NCBI GenBank assembly: GCA_964523645.1
Contig: CAZGAW010000004.1
Span: 8,284-72,283, forward strand
Length of the DNA stretch: 64,000 nucleotides
Reading direction: 5' to 3'
Source of the DNA: an uncultured bacterium
GTDB lineage: Bacteria; Poribacteria; WGA-4E; WGA-3G
Under the pieces are notes generated by a model. That model was not told the DNA's origin and did not search any database. It worked only from the letters and a program-made list of their open reading frames with translations. Shown piece by piece: positions 56,304 to 64,000 of the stretch. A program made the position numbers and the translations under genes. Numbering within the stretch: position 1 is the first letter of the stretch; each line of letters opens with the position of its first letter.

Positions 56304-59174
56304 ATGCCTAACCAAGATTACACCAAATGGCATTTGCCCAAAGGTGCCAAGGCGCGCCTTGGAAAAGGCTATATCAACGAGATAGCGTATTCTCCAGACA
56401 GCAGTCGTCTGGCGGTGGCGAGTTCCATCGGAATTTGGATCTACGATGCGGACACCTGTGAAGAATTTGCTTTGTTCACAGGACATACAGATAATGTTGA
56501 AAGTCTTACCTATTCTCCGGATGGCAAAATAATCGCTACCGGAGGCAGGAACGTTTGTTTGTGGGACGCTGCCACAGGTGAACATAAAGCCACGCTGCCG
56601 GGACATGTTGATAGGGTTGACAGTGTTGTGTATAGTCCGGATGGCAAAACAATCGCTGCCAAGATGGGACGTTCCACTTCCATCACAAGAAGTTTTGATT
56701 ACTCAGTGTATTTGTGGGACGTTACCACCGGAAAATACAAAACTACGCTCACAAGACCTCTCCACAGGATCTATAGTCTGGCGTATAGTCCAGATGGTAA
56801 AACAATCGCCACCGGTACTTACCAAGAGTTGCATTTATGGGACGCTGTTACTGGTGAACACGAAACTACACTCACAGGACATACCGGTAGCGTTGAAAGC
56901 ATTGCGTATAGTCCGGATGGCAAAATAATCGCCACCAGCAGCGGGATTTTTGGTGGAGATGTATATTTATGGGATGCTACCACCGGAAAACATAAAACTA
57001 CGCTTACGGAACGTGGCGATAGTGTTGAGTATAGTCCAGATGGTAAAACAATCGCTATTGCCAGTCTGTTCACAATAAGTTTATGGGATGCTATTACTGC
57101 GGAACACAGAGGCACATTCACAAGTCCTACTGATAGTATTAAAAGTGTTGCGTATAGCCCCGATGGAAAAACAATCGCTATGGGAACTTATGAGGAGGTG
57201 AACTTATGGGATGCTGATACCGGGAAACACAAAACCACACTTACAGATCATGCCAAAAGTGTCAAGAATGTTGTGTATAGTCCGGGTGGAAAAGTAATCG
57301 CCACCGATTGCTATGATCTGAATTTGTCCGAGAGAGTACATTTATGGGATGTTATTACAAGGAAACACAAGACCACGCAGAATAAAGTTGCGTATAGTCC
57401 GGATGGAAAAACAATTGCTACCTCGGGTTTTGAAAAAGGAAGAAATCGAAAGGTGTGCTTATGGGATACTATCACTTGGGAACACAAAACCATGCTTACA
57501 GAACACGCCGACAGAATCTCAAGTATTGTATATAGTCCAGATGGAAAAACAATCACTATCCGGAGTGAGGATCTAGAGGATGACCTTTTCTTGGGGGCTC
57601 ATCCTATAGAACATAAAGTGCGTTTGTGGGATACTACCACTGGTGAATACATAGCCACGCTTAGCGAGTATACCAATGACATCGAGGATTTTATGTATAG
57701 TCCGGATGGAAAAACAATCGCTATCTGGAGTTGGACAAAAGAAAAAAATCAAGAGGTGCGTTTGTGGAATGCCGTTACCGGGCAACAAATAGCTACGCTT
57801 ACAAGGTATACTGATCGCGTAGAAGAGGTTGCGTATAGTCCAGATAGCAAAACGATTGCTACCAGGAGCAATGAAGAGGTGTGTTTGTGGGATACCATCA
57901 CAGGGAAACACAAAGCTACACTCGGAGGACACACCGATAGTATTAATAACTTTGTACATAGTCCGGATGGAAAAACAATCGCCACTTGGAGTCATGAAAA
58001 GGTGTGCTTGTGGAATGCGGTCACCGGGGAACATATGTGGGATATCACTACAGAGGAATATGACTTCAGATTTACCGGAGAAGAGGGCCTTGCATATAGC
58101 CCAAATGGTTGTGTGATCGTCACTTGGGGCTATGGAAAGGTATGTTTATGGGATACCATCACAGGGAAACAAATAGTCACACTTACGGAACATATCAATA
58201 TTTGGGATACCATTGAGAATGTCGCTTATAGTCCAGATAGTCATACTATCGCCATCAGCTGCCATAGTGGGTCCCGTGGATCCTATGACAGTAAGGTCCA
58301 TTTGTGGGATACTACTATATGGAAACACAAAGCTACGCTTATAGGAAGTAGTTGTGCGTATAGTCCAAATGGAAAAACAATCACCACCAGTAGTGATAAG
58401 GGGGTGCATTTGTGGGATGCTACCACTGGAAATCACAAAATCACATTTATCGGGCATATCGGCGATGTCTACAGTTTTGCATATAGTCCGGATGGAAAAA
58501 CAATCGTCACTGGTGGGAACGAAGACAGCACAGTTCTCCTATGGGAAACTGAATCTTTTCTTCATCAGGGGCCGAATATCAATCCGTGCGAAATTCACGG
58601 AAATTGGCGAGCAGGTTGGGCTTTGGATGTTCATACATTATCAAGTCGCCCTTTGCCGGGTGGAGGATACGATACAGAACGAACCGAATTTGGCGAATTG
58701 GTTTTTCAGTTGAAATATCGTCATGATAGGAGTAAGATTCAACCTATCGCAGAGATTGCCGCCAAATTCGTTAAAGAAAAATTTGCCGTTGATGGATACC
58801 CCATTCTTCCATATCTGAAGGCGATTCTTCCGATTCCGCCCTCAGACACAAATAGGGCTTTCCAACCTGTTACCGAAGTCGTACGGGAAATAGGTAAACT
58901 CCTGAATGTACCAGTCCGAACGGACTATCTAATGAAGGTAAAACGGACGGAACTTCTCAAGAATCTGCCAGACGTAGAAAACAAACGTGAACAACTCCAT
59001 GGAGCATTTGCTGTCCAATCCCAAGATTTGAAGAACCGCTGTGTCTTGTTAGTTGACGACCTCTATGACTCAGGGACAACTTTGACAGAAGCCACCAAAG
59101 TTCTCTATGAACAAGGCGGTGTACAACACGTGCTTATTCTAACGTTAACCCGCACTCGGACAGGCAGAGATTGA
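56304..59174 (+). CDS. WD40-repeat array (~18 repeats) fused to C-terminal ComF/GntX-type phosphoribosyltransferase domain
   Basis: AAAGGA RBS. Repeats of the form GH...V.SVAYSPDGKTIAT...V.LWD..TG.HK.TL run across aa 30-750. The C-terminal ~170 aa align with ComFC (LKYRHDRSKIQPIAEIAA, ILPIPPS, KNLPDVENKREQLHGAF, VLLVDDLYDSGTTLTEATKVL). Confidence 0.7.
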   Translation: MPNQDYTKWHLPKGAKARLGKGYINEIAYSPDSSRLAVASSIGIWIYDADTCEEFALFTGHTDNVESLTYSPDGKIIATGGRNVCLWDAATGEHKATLPGHVDRVDSVVYSPDGKTIAAKMGRSTSITRSFDYSVYLWDVTTGKYKTTLTRPLHRIYSLAYSPDGKTIATGTYQELHLWDAVTGEHETTLTGHTGSVESIAYSPDGKIIATSSGIFGGDVYLWDATTGKHKTTLTERGDSVEYSPDGKTIAIASLFTISLWDAITAEHRGTFTSPTDSIKSVAYSPDGKTIAMGTYEEVNLWDADTGKHKTTLTDHAKSVKNVVYSPGGKVIATDCYDLNLSERVHLWDVITRKHKTTQNKVAYSPDGKTIATSGFEKGRNRKVCLWDTITWEHKTMLTEHADRISSIVYSPDGKTITIRSEDLEDDLFLGAHPIEHKVRLWDTTTGEYIATLSEYTNDIEDFMYSPDGKTIAIWSWTKEKNQEVRLWNAVTGQQIATLTRYTDRVEEVAYSPDSKTIATRSNEEVCLWDTITGKHKATLGGHTDSINNFVHSPDGKTIATWSHEKVCLWNAVTGEHMWDITTEEYDFRFTGEEGLAYSPNGCVIVTWGYGKVCLWDTITGKQIVTLTEHINIWDTIENVAYSPDSHTIAISCHSGSRGSYDSKVHLWDTTIWKHKATLIGSSCAYSPNGKTITTSSDKGVHLWDATTGNHKITFIGHIGDVYSFAYSPDGKTIVTGGNEDSTVLLWETESFLHQGPNINPCEIHGNWRAGWALDVHTLSSRPLPGGGYDTERTEFGELVFQLKYRHDRSKIQPIAEIAAKFVKEKFAVDGYPILPYLKAILPIPPSDTNRAFQPVTEVVREIGKLLNVPVRTDYLMKVKRTELLKNLPDVENKREQLHGAFAVQSQDLKNRCVLLVDDLYDSGTTLTEATKVLYEQGGVQHVLILTLTRTRTGRD
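56400..58550 (+). repeat. near-identical ~120-130-bp coding tandem repeats (WD40 units)
   Basis: The string gcgtatagtccggatgg(c/a)aaaacaatcgc recurs more than 15 times inside the gene. Confidence 0.6.
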
Positions 59175-59223
59175 AATTGGGAATTTTGGAGCTATCAATG
59201 CCCACTCAAACAAGGAAGAAAAG

Positions 59224-60207
59224 ATGAGAATTAACAGAGACTATTTCTGGTTCCGGCTCTTTAAAACGCGAGGTATAGGGCCCAAGCTGCTGATTTCCAT
59301 TGCCGAGATACTTGAAATGGAAAATCTTGATCCTGAAATGGTACCACGTAGCCAAAGTGATCTCTCAGCACAATTTCCAGAATTAGCCAAAATCCTCAAT
59401 GGCAAAATTCGTACAGAGGATAGGGAAAAGGTGTCTGAAGCATATAGCGAGCTCAAAAGACATGGAGTTGATATTATCTATCCAAGGCATCCCGATTTTC
59501 CGTCACAACTCCTTGAAATTTCGCCGATGCTATTTGTTAAAGGTCAACAGAAACGTCTTATATCAGATAGCGTTGCAATTGTTGGCGCGCGGAACGTTTC
59601 AGATAAAGGGATCCGCATTGCACGAAAACTTGCAGGTGATCTTGCAAGCGAAGGCATAAATGTCGTCTCTGGATACGCTAAAGGGGTTGACTCAGAAGCA
59701 CACTTAGGTGCATTAGCGGCAGAAGGCACAACAACACTTGTGCTTCCGTACGGCATCAAGCAGCTGCGTCAGAAAAAAGCGTTTAAGGAATTTAATTGGG
59801 ATCGGGATGTGCTTGCGGTTTCACAATTCGACCCAGATGCGAAATGGTTAGCACGCAACGCAATGGCACGGAATAAACTTGTATGCGGTCTTTCTAAAGC
59901 AGTTGTCGTTATTGAGTCAGGACCTGAGCGGGACGCACGAGGTAAAATGAGTGGAACCTTTAATGCCGCAAAAACGGCTCTTGACATGAACTTACCGCTT
60001 TTTGTTCTCAATCCAAACTGCCTTGACAATCCACAGGAAGGTAATACTGCCCTGATTGCCTTGGGCGGTCATAGTCTTGATCCAGCTGATGGTGCAAACG
60101 AGATTGTAGACCATATCTCTGTTAAAACCACGGCGTCTGTTCTAACTGCAAATCAGAATTCCCCTGAACAATTGTCCCTTCGTTTTGAGGATTCCATGGA
60201 CTCCTGA
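59224..60207 (+). CDS. dprA: DprA/Smf family (SLOG Rossmann) DNA-processing protein
   Basis: AAGGAAG RBS. N-terminal HhH-like WFRLFKTRGIGPKLL and DprA core GVDIIYPRHPDFPSQLL...VAIVGARNVSDKGIRIARKLAGDLASEGINVVSGYAKGVDSEAHLGAL. Confidence 0.7.
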   Translation: MRINRDYFWFRLFKTRGIGPKLLISIAEILEMENLDPEMVPRSQSDLSAQFPELAKILNGKIRTEDREKVSEAYSELKRHGVDIIYPRHPDFPSQLLEISPMLFVKGQQKRLISDSVAIVGARNVSDKGIRIARKLAGDLASEGINVVSGYAKGVDSEAHLGALAAEGTTTLVLPYGIKQLRQKKAFKEFNWDRDVLAVSQFDPDAKWLARNAMARNKLVCGLSKAVVVIESGPERDARGKMSGTFNAAKTALDMNLPLFVLNPNCLDNPQEGNTALIALGGHSLDPADGANEIVDHISVKTTASVLTANQNSPEQLSLRFEDSMDS

Positions 60208-60260
60208 TTGAGGTCTTCTATCGCTGTAGAGCACCCTGGAATTTACGGAGACGTATCGTT

Positions 60261-60282
60261 GGCGAGGTTCCAAACCTCGCCA
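60261..60282. terminator. hairpin GGCGAGGTT-ccaa-AACCTCGCC between the convergent dprA-like and glycoside-hydrolase genes
   Basis: Member of the GGCGAGGTT hairpin family. It has no clear U-tract on either side, so it may be REP-like rather than a terminator. Confidence 0.3.
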
Positions 60283-60307
60283 GCAATCGTATAGCGTGTA
60301 ATCCTCA

Positions 60308-62713
60308 CTATTGAATCAGTTTGAACTTATGCGCTGCCTCTTCTGCGCCGATGAATCGGCTGTAGATCGCCACACGGCTCAACTTACCTTCCCAATTCCG
60401 ACCACCACTCGCCTCATCGCCGAAAAGCAACGGATAAAGTTCCCAATTGCTGAAATCCCCTTGCGTGCCGTTGCTGACGTGGGCAAGTTCACCATCAATG
60501 TAGCAGTAGACGTTACCATCAAAATAACTGACGATAACATGCGCCGGCTTCCCGGGCTCAATCTTACCGAAAGATAACTCGCTGCCCGTGGCATTCGTTC
60601 CAGTTCGCGGCGTGCGGATCCTCACGATAAAACGGTTACCATCTTGTCCCAAAGTAAAGTTGCGATGGGTAGCGTCGTTTGAGAATGAGATAATTCGTAC
60701 GGGACCGCTCTGGTCAAGGTTATCCGTCGTAACGAGGCACGCAAGCGTTAATTGGTTGCTCGCCTGACACGCGGCGAGAAGGGTTTCATTCACATCCTTA
60801 GTAAGAAACGCCCCGCCGGTCAGATCCATCTGTCCATCTTCACCGATTGTCGCATCGCCGCGAGATTCAATCGCCCCCCTATTTTCAAGCGTGCTATGCC
60901 AGAGAAAAACGAGTCCGTCGCGTGAGCCGGGAAATTCTGTATGCGTCCCGATGTCAGCGGGTGTCTCCGGTGATACACGGATTGCAAGGGAGGTCGTTGC
61001 TGTGTCCCCCTCCGGATCCATCACTGTGAGCGTTGCAACGTATTGACCGAGACTTTCATAGATATGCGTCGGGTTCGATTCAGTGGATGTTGCGCCGTCT
61101 CCAAAACTCCAGTGGTACGACAAGTCACCTGCTGCTGAGAAATTCACTGTGAGTGGAGCACTCCCCTCAAGCACATCGGCAGAAGCTCTCGCCTCCGGAC
61201 GGAGTTTCTCATCTGGGGCATACGGCGTAAAGCGATAGGCAGAACCGCTATGTGATGAAGCAAATGTATATTCCCCAGGTTGTGCCGTGCCAACTGGGAT
61301 GATCTTCATGTTCCACGTATCCACGCGATCGACTTTATAAGGCTGCTCTCCGCGTAAGTCCAGTGTTATCGTTTGCGGTTCCGTTGTGTAAGCAAGATAG
61401 TATTCTCCGTGTTTCGCGAGGATATACCGTCCCCTGTCATCGCCAATCGGCTCAAGCGTATCAAAGGCTGGCGCGCTGGTTTCCATGAAGTCTTTGAGAA
61501 ATGCAATCCGAAGCGGACTCTCACCGCGTAACACACCACCTTTTGCCCACCAAAGAAGGTCTTCGCGGTGTTTGTAGGTCTCTCCGTGTCCGACATAGCA
61601 CCCAGAGACTGTCCCTGCCCAAAAGCGTTGGACCATCTCTTCCGCTGTGATATTTCCCCATCCTTGCGGAACATCGCCTTCGTAGCGACACTCATCATAG
61701 ATAACAGGCTTTCCGTATTGCGTGCGATAGCGGATGCCCTGCGCCATATTGGAGGTTTGGATACTGGTGTGTGTTACCCACGGTTTACTGTGGTCGTACC
61801 AACGCCTGCAGTTGTGAATCCCACGTAACCGCTGATATGGGTCATGATCGCGGATAATCTGGAAGAACCGATCCCAATCCGATTCCACTTTCGCAGGCAT
61901 GATGTCAAATTCATTTGCAAGGGACCACCAGACGTTTCGGAACGCCGCCAGTCGGGCAACGGCGTAACGGATGTATCGGTCATCGCTCTCGGCATCCATA
62001 TTCTCAAAATCCCATCGATCGTAGGTATGAAACAGGATAATGTCTGCCTCGATACCGAGATCCAATAGGTTTTGAACATGCTGCTCAAAGTGCTGCCAGA
62101 ATTCGGGATCGAATCTTGTGAAGTCCCAATCCTTTAGCGGTTTCCCTTCAAACGGGTAGTAGACGGGTTCATTTTTGTTGTAAGCGTAGTCCTTTGGAAA
62201 AATGCACATCCGCATCTTATTGAAAGGTGCCTCGGTGAGGGTTTCGAGCGTCTGTTTCTCCATCGCTTCCCCTTGATGTGCCCAGGCGTAACAGGTCGTT
62301 CCGAATTGATGGTAGGGTGTGCCATCAGCGTACTGCAAGTAAAAGTCTTTATAGACGCGCACAGGTCCGTGATTCTCTTTAGACGGTTCGACACATGTAA
62401 ATCGCCCGGTCTTACCGTCGAGTTCGGCGCGGTTGCTTTTCGTCGTGTACGTCCATCCGCCGACTGCGTCGGGCATGAACCGGATTTTGTAAACGCCGTT
62501 CCCGTCATAGAATCCATGTGGTTCAAAAGTCCGATCGTTCTGCGAAAATTCCGCTGTTAGTTCCACTTCAGTGAACGGATTTCCTGTATCTGGTCCATTT
62601 AAAGTTACTTCAAATATTCCCCAACGTTCAATCATATTCATCTCCGATTTTTGTGCGTTGGCAAGCGAAACTGCGATTGCACAAATCGCTATTGGCAAAA
62701 TGTACCTTATCAC
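60308..62713 (-). CDS. secreted glycoside-hydrolase-like protein (DUF5060 beta-sandwich plus DUF4038/GH140-like TIM barrel) with PKD and LamG/concanavalin-like C-terminal domains
   Basis: The likely GTG start at 62713 gives the signal peptide MIRYILPIAICAIAVSLANAQ. The N-terminus FEVTLNGPDTGNPF...GFYDGNGVYKIRFMP is followed by a TIM-barrel-like core, a PKD motif (WSFGDGATSTESNPTHIYESLGQYVATLTV) and a C-terminal lectin-like domain. Confidence 0.5.
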   Translation of the reverse strand: MIRYILPIAICAIAVSLANAQKSEMNMIERWGIFEVTLNGPDTGNPFTEVELTAEFSQNDRTFEPHGFYDGNGVYKIRFMPDAVGGWTYTTKSNRAELDGKTGRFTCVEPSKENHGPVRVYKDFYLQYADGTPYHQFGTTCYAWAHQGEAMEKQTLETLTEAPFNKMRMCIFPKDYAYNKNEPVYYPFEGKPLKDWDFTRFDPEFWQHFEQHVQNLLDLGIEADIILFHTYDRWDFENMDAESDDRYIRYAVARLAAFRNVWWSLANEFDIMPAKVESDWDRFFQIIRDHDPYQRLRGIHNCRRWYDHSKPWVTHTSIQTSNMAQGIRYRTQYGKPVIYDECRYEGDVPQGWGNITAEEMVQRFWAGTVSGCYVGHGETYKHREDLLWWAKGGVLRGESPLRIAFLKDFMETSAPAFDTLEPIGDDRGRYILAKHGEYYLAYTTEPQTITLDLRGEQPYKVDRVDTWNMKIIPVGTAQPGEYTFASSHSGSAYRFTPYAPDEKLRPEARASADVLEGSAPLTVNFSAAGDLSYHWSFGDGATSTESNPTHIYESLGQYVATLTVMDPEGDTATTSLAIRVSPETPADIGTHTEFPGSRDGLVFLWHSTLENRGAIESRGDATIGEDGQMDLTGGAFLTKDVNETLLAACQASNQLTLACLVTTDNLDQSGPVRIISFSNDATHRNFTLGQDGNRFIVRIRTPRTGTNATGSELSFGKIEPGKPAHVIVSYFDGNVYCYIDGELAHVSNGTQGDFSNWELYPLLFGDEASGGRNWEGKLSRVAIYSRFIGAEEAAHKFKLIQ

Positions 62714-62738
62714 TAAAACTCTCGCTAAATGCCCTGGG

Positions 62739-63785
62739 TCATTCCGTTGGGGGCTTATGTTTTTCTCTCCACTGCGGGTACTCATTTGTGAGGAGTTTGG
62801 CGGCCCAGCCACCGTAGTAGTCGTATCCGCCGCGGCGTTCCTGTCCGATCTCGGATAACGCGTAGCGGACCACCGAATCACGGTCAAGAAAGATGGGACG
62901 GTTGCTGCTGATCTCGTAGAAACGCCCCCAGAGCGGTCCCGCGTCCGGATCCGGTACGATCCGCTTATCATCTTGCCCCTCTGCATCGGTGAACTCGTCA
63001 AAACGCATCCCGTGGATAGCGACCTCCCTGAACCACCCAACAGCTCCTTCGACAGCGGCGATGATCTCTGGCGTAGGTTCTTTGACTGACATCAGGAAAC
63101 GGACGACACCGACACTTTCGGCACCTGAGATGGATGGCGGCTCATAGGAGCGCGCCCACGCAGGCGCAAGCGTTTTCTCGTCATGCTGTGCACACCAAGC
63201 AGTGAGTTTATCGCCCTGTTTGATCTGCGTGCGCAAGATACAGTCGATGCCCTTGGTTACAGCATCTTTCGCCTGAGTGCGGTACGCCGTTTCCAAGAAC
63301 TCATAGTCTGAGGATTCAGAAACATCTCGGAGAAGTTCGAGAATGCGGACCATAACATTGTCATTGAACGTGATGCGGCGATGGTAGCGTTTGCTTAGCG
63401 GATAATACTGCGGCCATCCGCCAGTCGGGTATTGCGCTTCAAAGATATGGGAAAGACCTTTGAGAAATGCTTGTTGGTAGCGCGACTCGTTTGTCGCACG
63501 AAACGCACGAGCCAGAAACCGTAGTTCGCCGATGGTGGCACTGTTGTCGAACGTCCCGCGCAGATCGTCCATTTTACCATCAAACGGCTCAGATGCCGTG
63601 TCTCGACCTTTGGGCCAATTGCCGTGCGGTGTCTGCCAGGTGAGAACATTGTCGGCAATCCGGCGACCTTCCTCGCTCTGAAACCATTCGGTGGATTGCT
63701 TCGCGTATCGGGAAGGTACGGTTGCATTGGAAGATGACAGAAACAAAAGGCATAAAATACAGGTGACAGTGAGTTGTAACTTCAT
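62739..63785 (-). CDS. secreted hypothetical protein, possible polysaccharide (pectate, PL10-like) lyase
   Basis: Signal peptide MKLQLTVTCILCLLFLSSSNA. The motif WQTPHGNWPKG is reminiscent of PelA/Pel-15E-family lyases. The assignment is weak. Confidence 0.3.
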   Translation of the reverse strand: MKLQLTVTCILCLLFLSSSNATVPSRYAKQSTEWFQSEEGRRIADNVLTWQTPHGNWPKGRDTASEPFDGKMDDLRGTFDNSATIGELRFLARAFRATNESRYQQAFLKGLSHIFEAQYPTGGWPQYYPLSKRYHRRITFNDNVMVRILELLRDVSESSDYEFLETAYRTQAKDAVTKGIDCILRTQIKQGDKLTAWCAQHDEKTLAPAWARSYEPPSISGAESVGVVRFLMSVKEPTPEIIAAVEGAVGWFREVAIHGMRFDEFTDAEGQDDKRIVPDPDAGPLWGRFYEISSNRPIFLDRDSVVRYALSEIGQERRGGYDYYGGWAAKLLTNEYPQWREKHKPPTE

Positions 63786-63918
63786 GAAGGTCTCCTTATC
63801 GTTAGCATACTGGGTGATTCATAAAACACCAACGCGCAATAATGCACGTCGCATTTGGGTGAGCACGCCGCAGAATTGCGCGACTACAAACTGGAATTAT
63901 ACAGACGTGCTTTTTAGG

Positions 63919-64000
63919 TTATCTCTTCGGCGGTTTAATCATCAGGTCTTCAATAATATGGACAAACTCACTATCCGACAAGTTCGGATCCAGATAAGAC
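63919..64000 (-). CDS. 3' end of an unidentified gene truncated by the window edge
   Basis: Open frame ...LDPNLSDSEFVHIIEDLMIKPPKR-stop on the minus strand. The 5' part lies outside the window. Confidence 0.25.
   Translation of the reverse strand, partial: SYLDPNLSDSEFVHIIEDLMIKPPKR

Noticed and set aside
59224-60207. Treating the DprA-like gene as a defence effector with certainty
   Set aside because: Its sequence is fully compatible with a housekeeping dprA/smf. Only its position next to the WD40-PRTase and FRG genes suggests otherwise, so it is reported as a hypothesis.
1-64000. Mobile elements, integrases, transposases, tRNA and rRNA genes
   Set aside because: No transposase or integrase-like ORF and no tRNA-like cloverleaf or rRNA signature were recognised. 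The duplications present (sulfatase A/B and the RDD-PspA pair) are local tandem duplications without terminal inverted repeats.

Overview
This 64-kb window appears to come from an uncultivated Gram-negative bacterium. GC is moderate and clear GGAG-type ribosome-binding sites precede most starts. The gene content includes five Cys-type sulfatases, three PhyH-family dioxygenases, Gfo/Idh/MocA oxidoreductases, very large TPR/WD40/Reg_prop repeat proteins and a cargo protein with a T9SS-type C-terminal sorting domain. That mix looks like FCB/PVC-type candidate phyla, for example sponge-associated Poribacteria, but this placement is inference only. I support about 50 protein-coding genes and find no rRNA, tRNA, CRISPR array, transposase or integrase.

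Main blocks:
1. 46-5141: MBL-fold hydrolase, then a hemH-hemY-pentaheme cytochrome c operon.
2. 6486-14068: a 1878-aa surface protein with a T9SS-type sorting domain, a PorV-like outer-membrane protein and a LysM/coiled-coil protein.
3. 14-23 kb: membrane and lipid genes (two CDP-alcohol phosphatidyltransferases, TauE, MetE-like, MazG-like, a TPR/transglutaminase lipoprotein).
4. 23.5-42.7 kb: a sulfated-glycan utilisation-like region. It carries five sulfatases (two are an ~80% identical tandem pair), a lactonase, PhyH, two Gfo/Idh/MocA plus Zn-ADH pairs, ThuA, a DUF433/DUF5615 TA pair and two tandem RDD-PspA fusion paralogs.
5. 43.2-45.6 kb: a BlaI-family repressor translationally coupled to a membrane-anchored GH29 alpha-fucosidase-like protein.
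6. 45.9-52.2 kb: a putative outer-membrane protein and a 1432-aa Reg_prop beta-propeller lipoprotein.
7. 52.7-60.2 kb: an amidohydrolase, a RelE/antitoxin pair, then the most unusual locus. This is an FRG-domain/TPR protein, a roughly 18-repeat WD40 array fused to a ComF-type phosphoribosyltransferase, and a DprA/Smf (SLOG) protein. It is a candidate nucleotide-centric conflict or DNA-handling system.
8. 60.3-63.8 kb: a secreted glycoside-hydrolase-like protein with PKD and LamG domains, and a possible polysaccharide lyase.

A GC-rich hairpin family (GGCGAGGTT-loop-AACCTCGCC) recurs four times. A conserved ~110-nt element with mutually exclusive hairpins lies upstream of two sulfatase genes.
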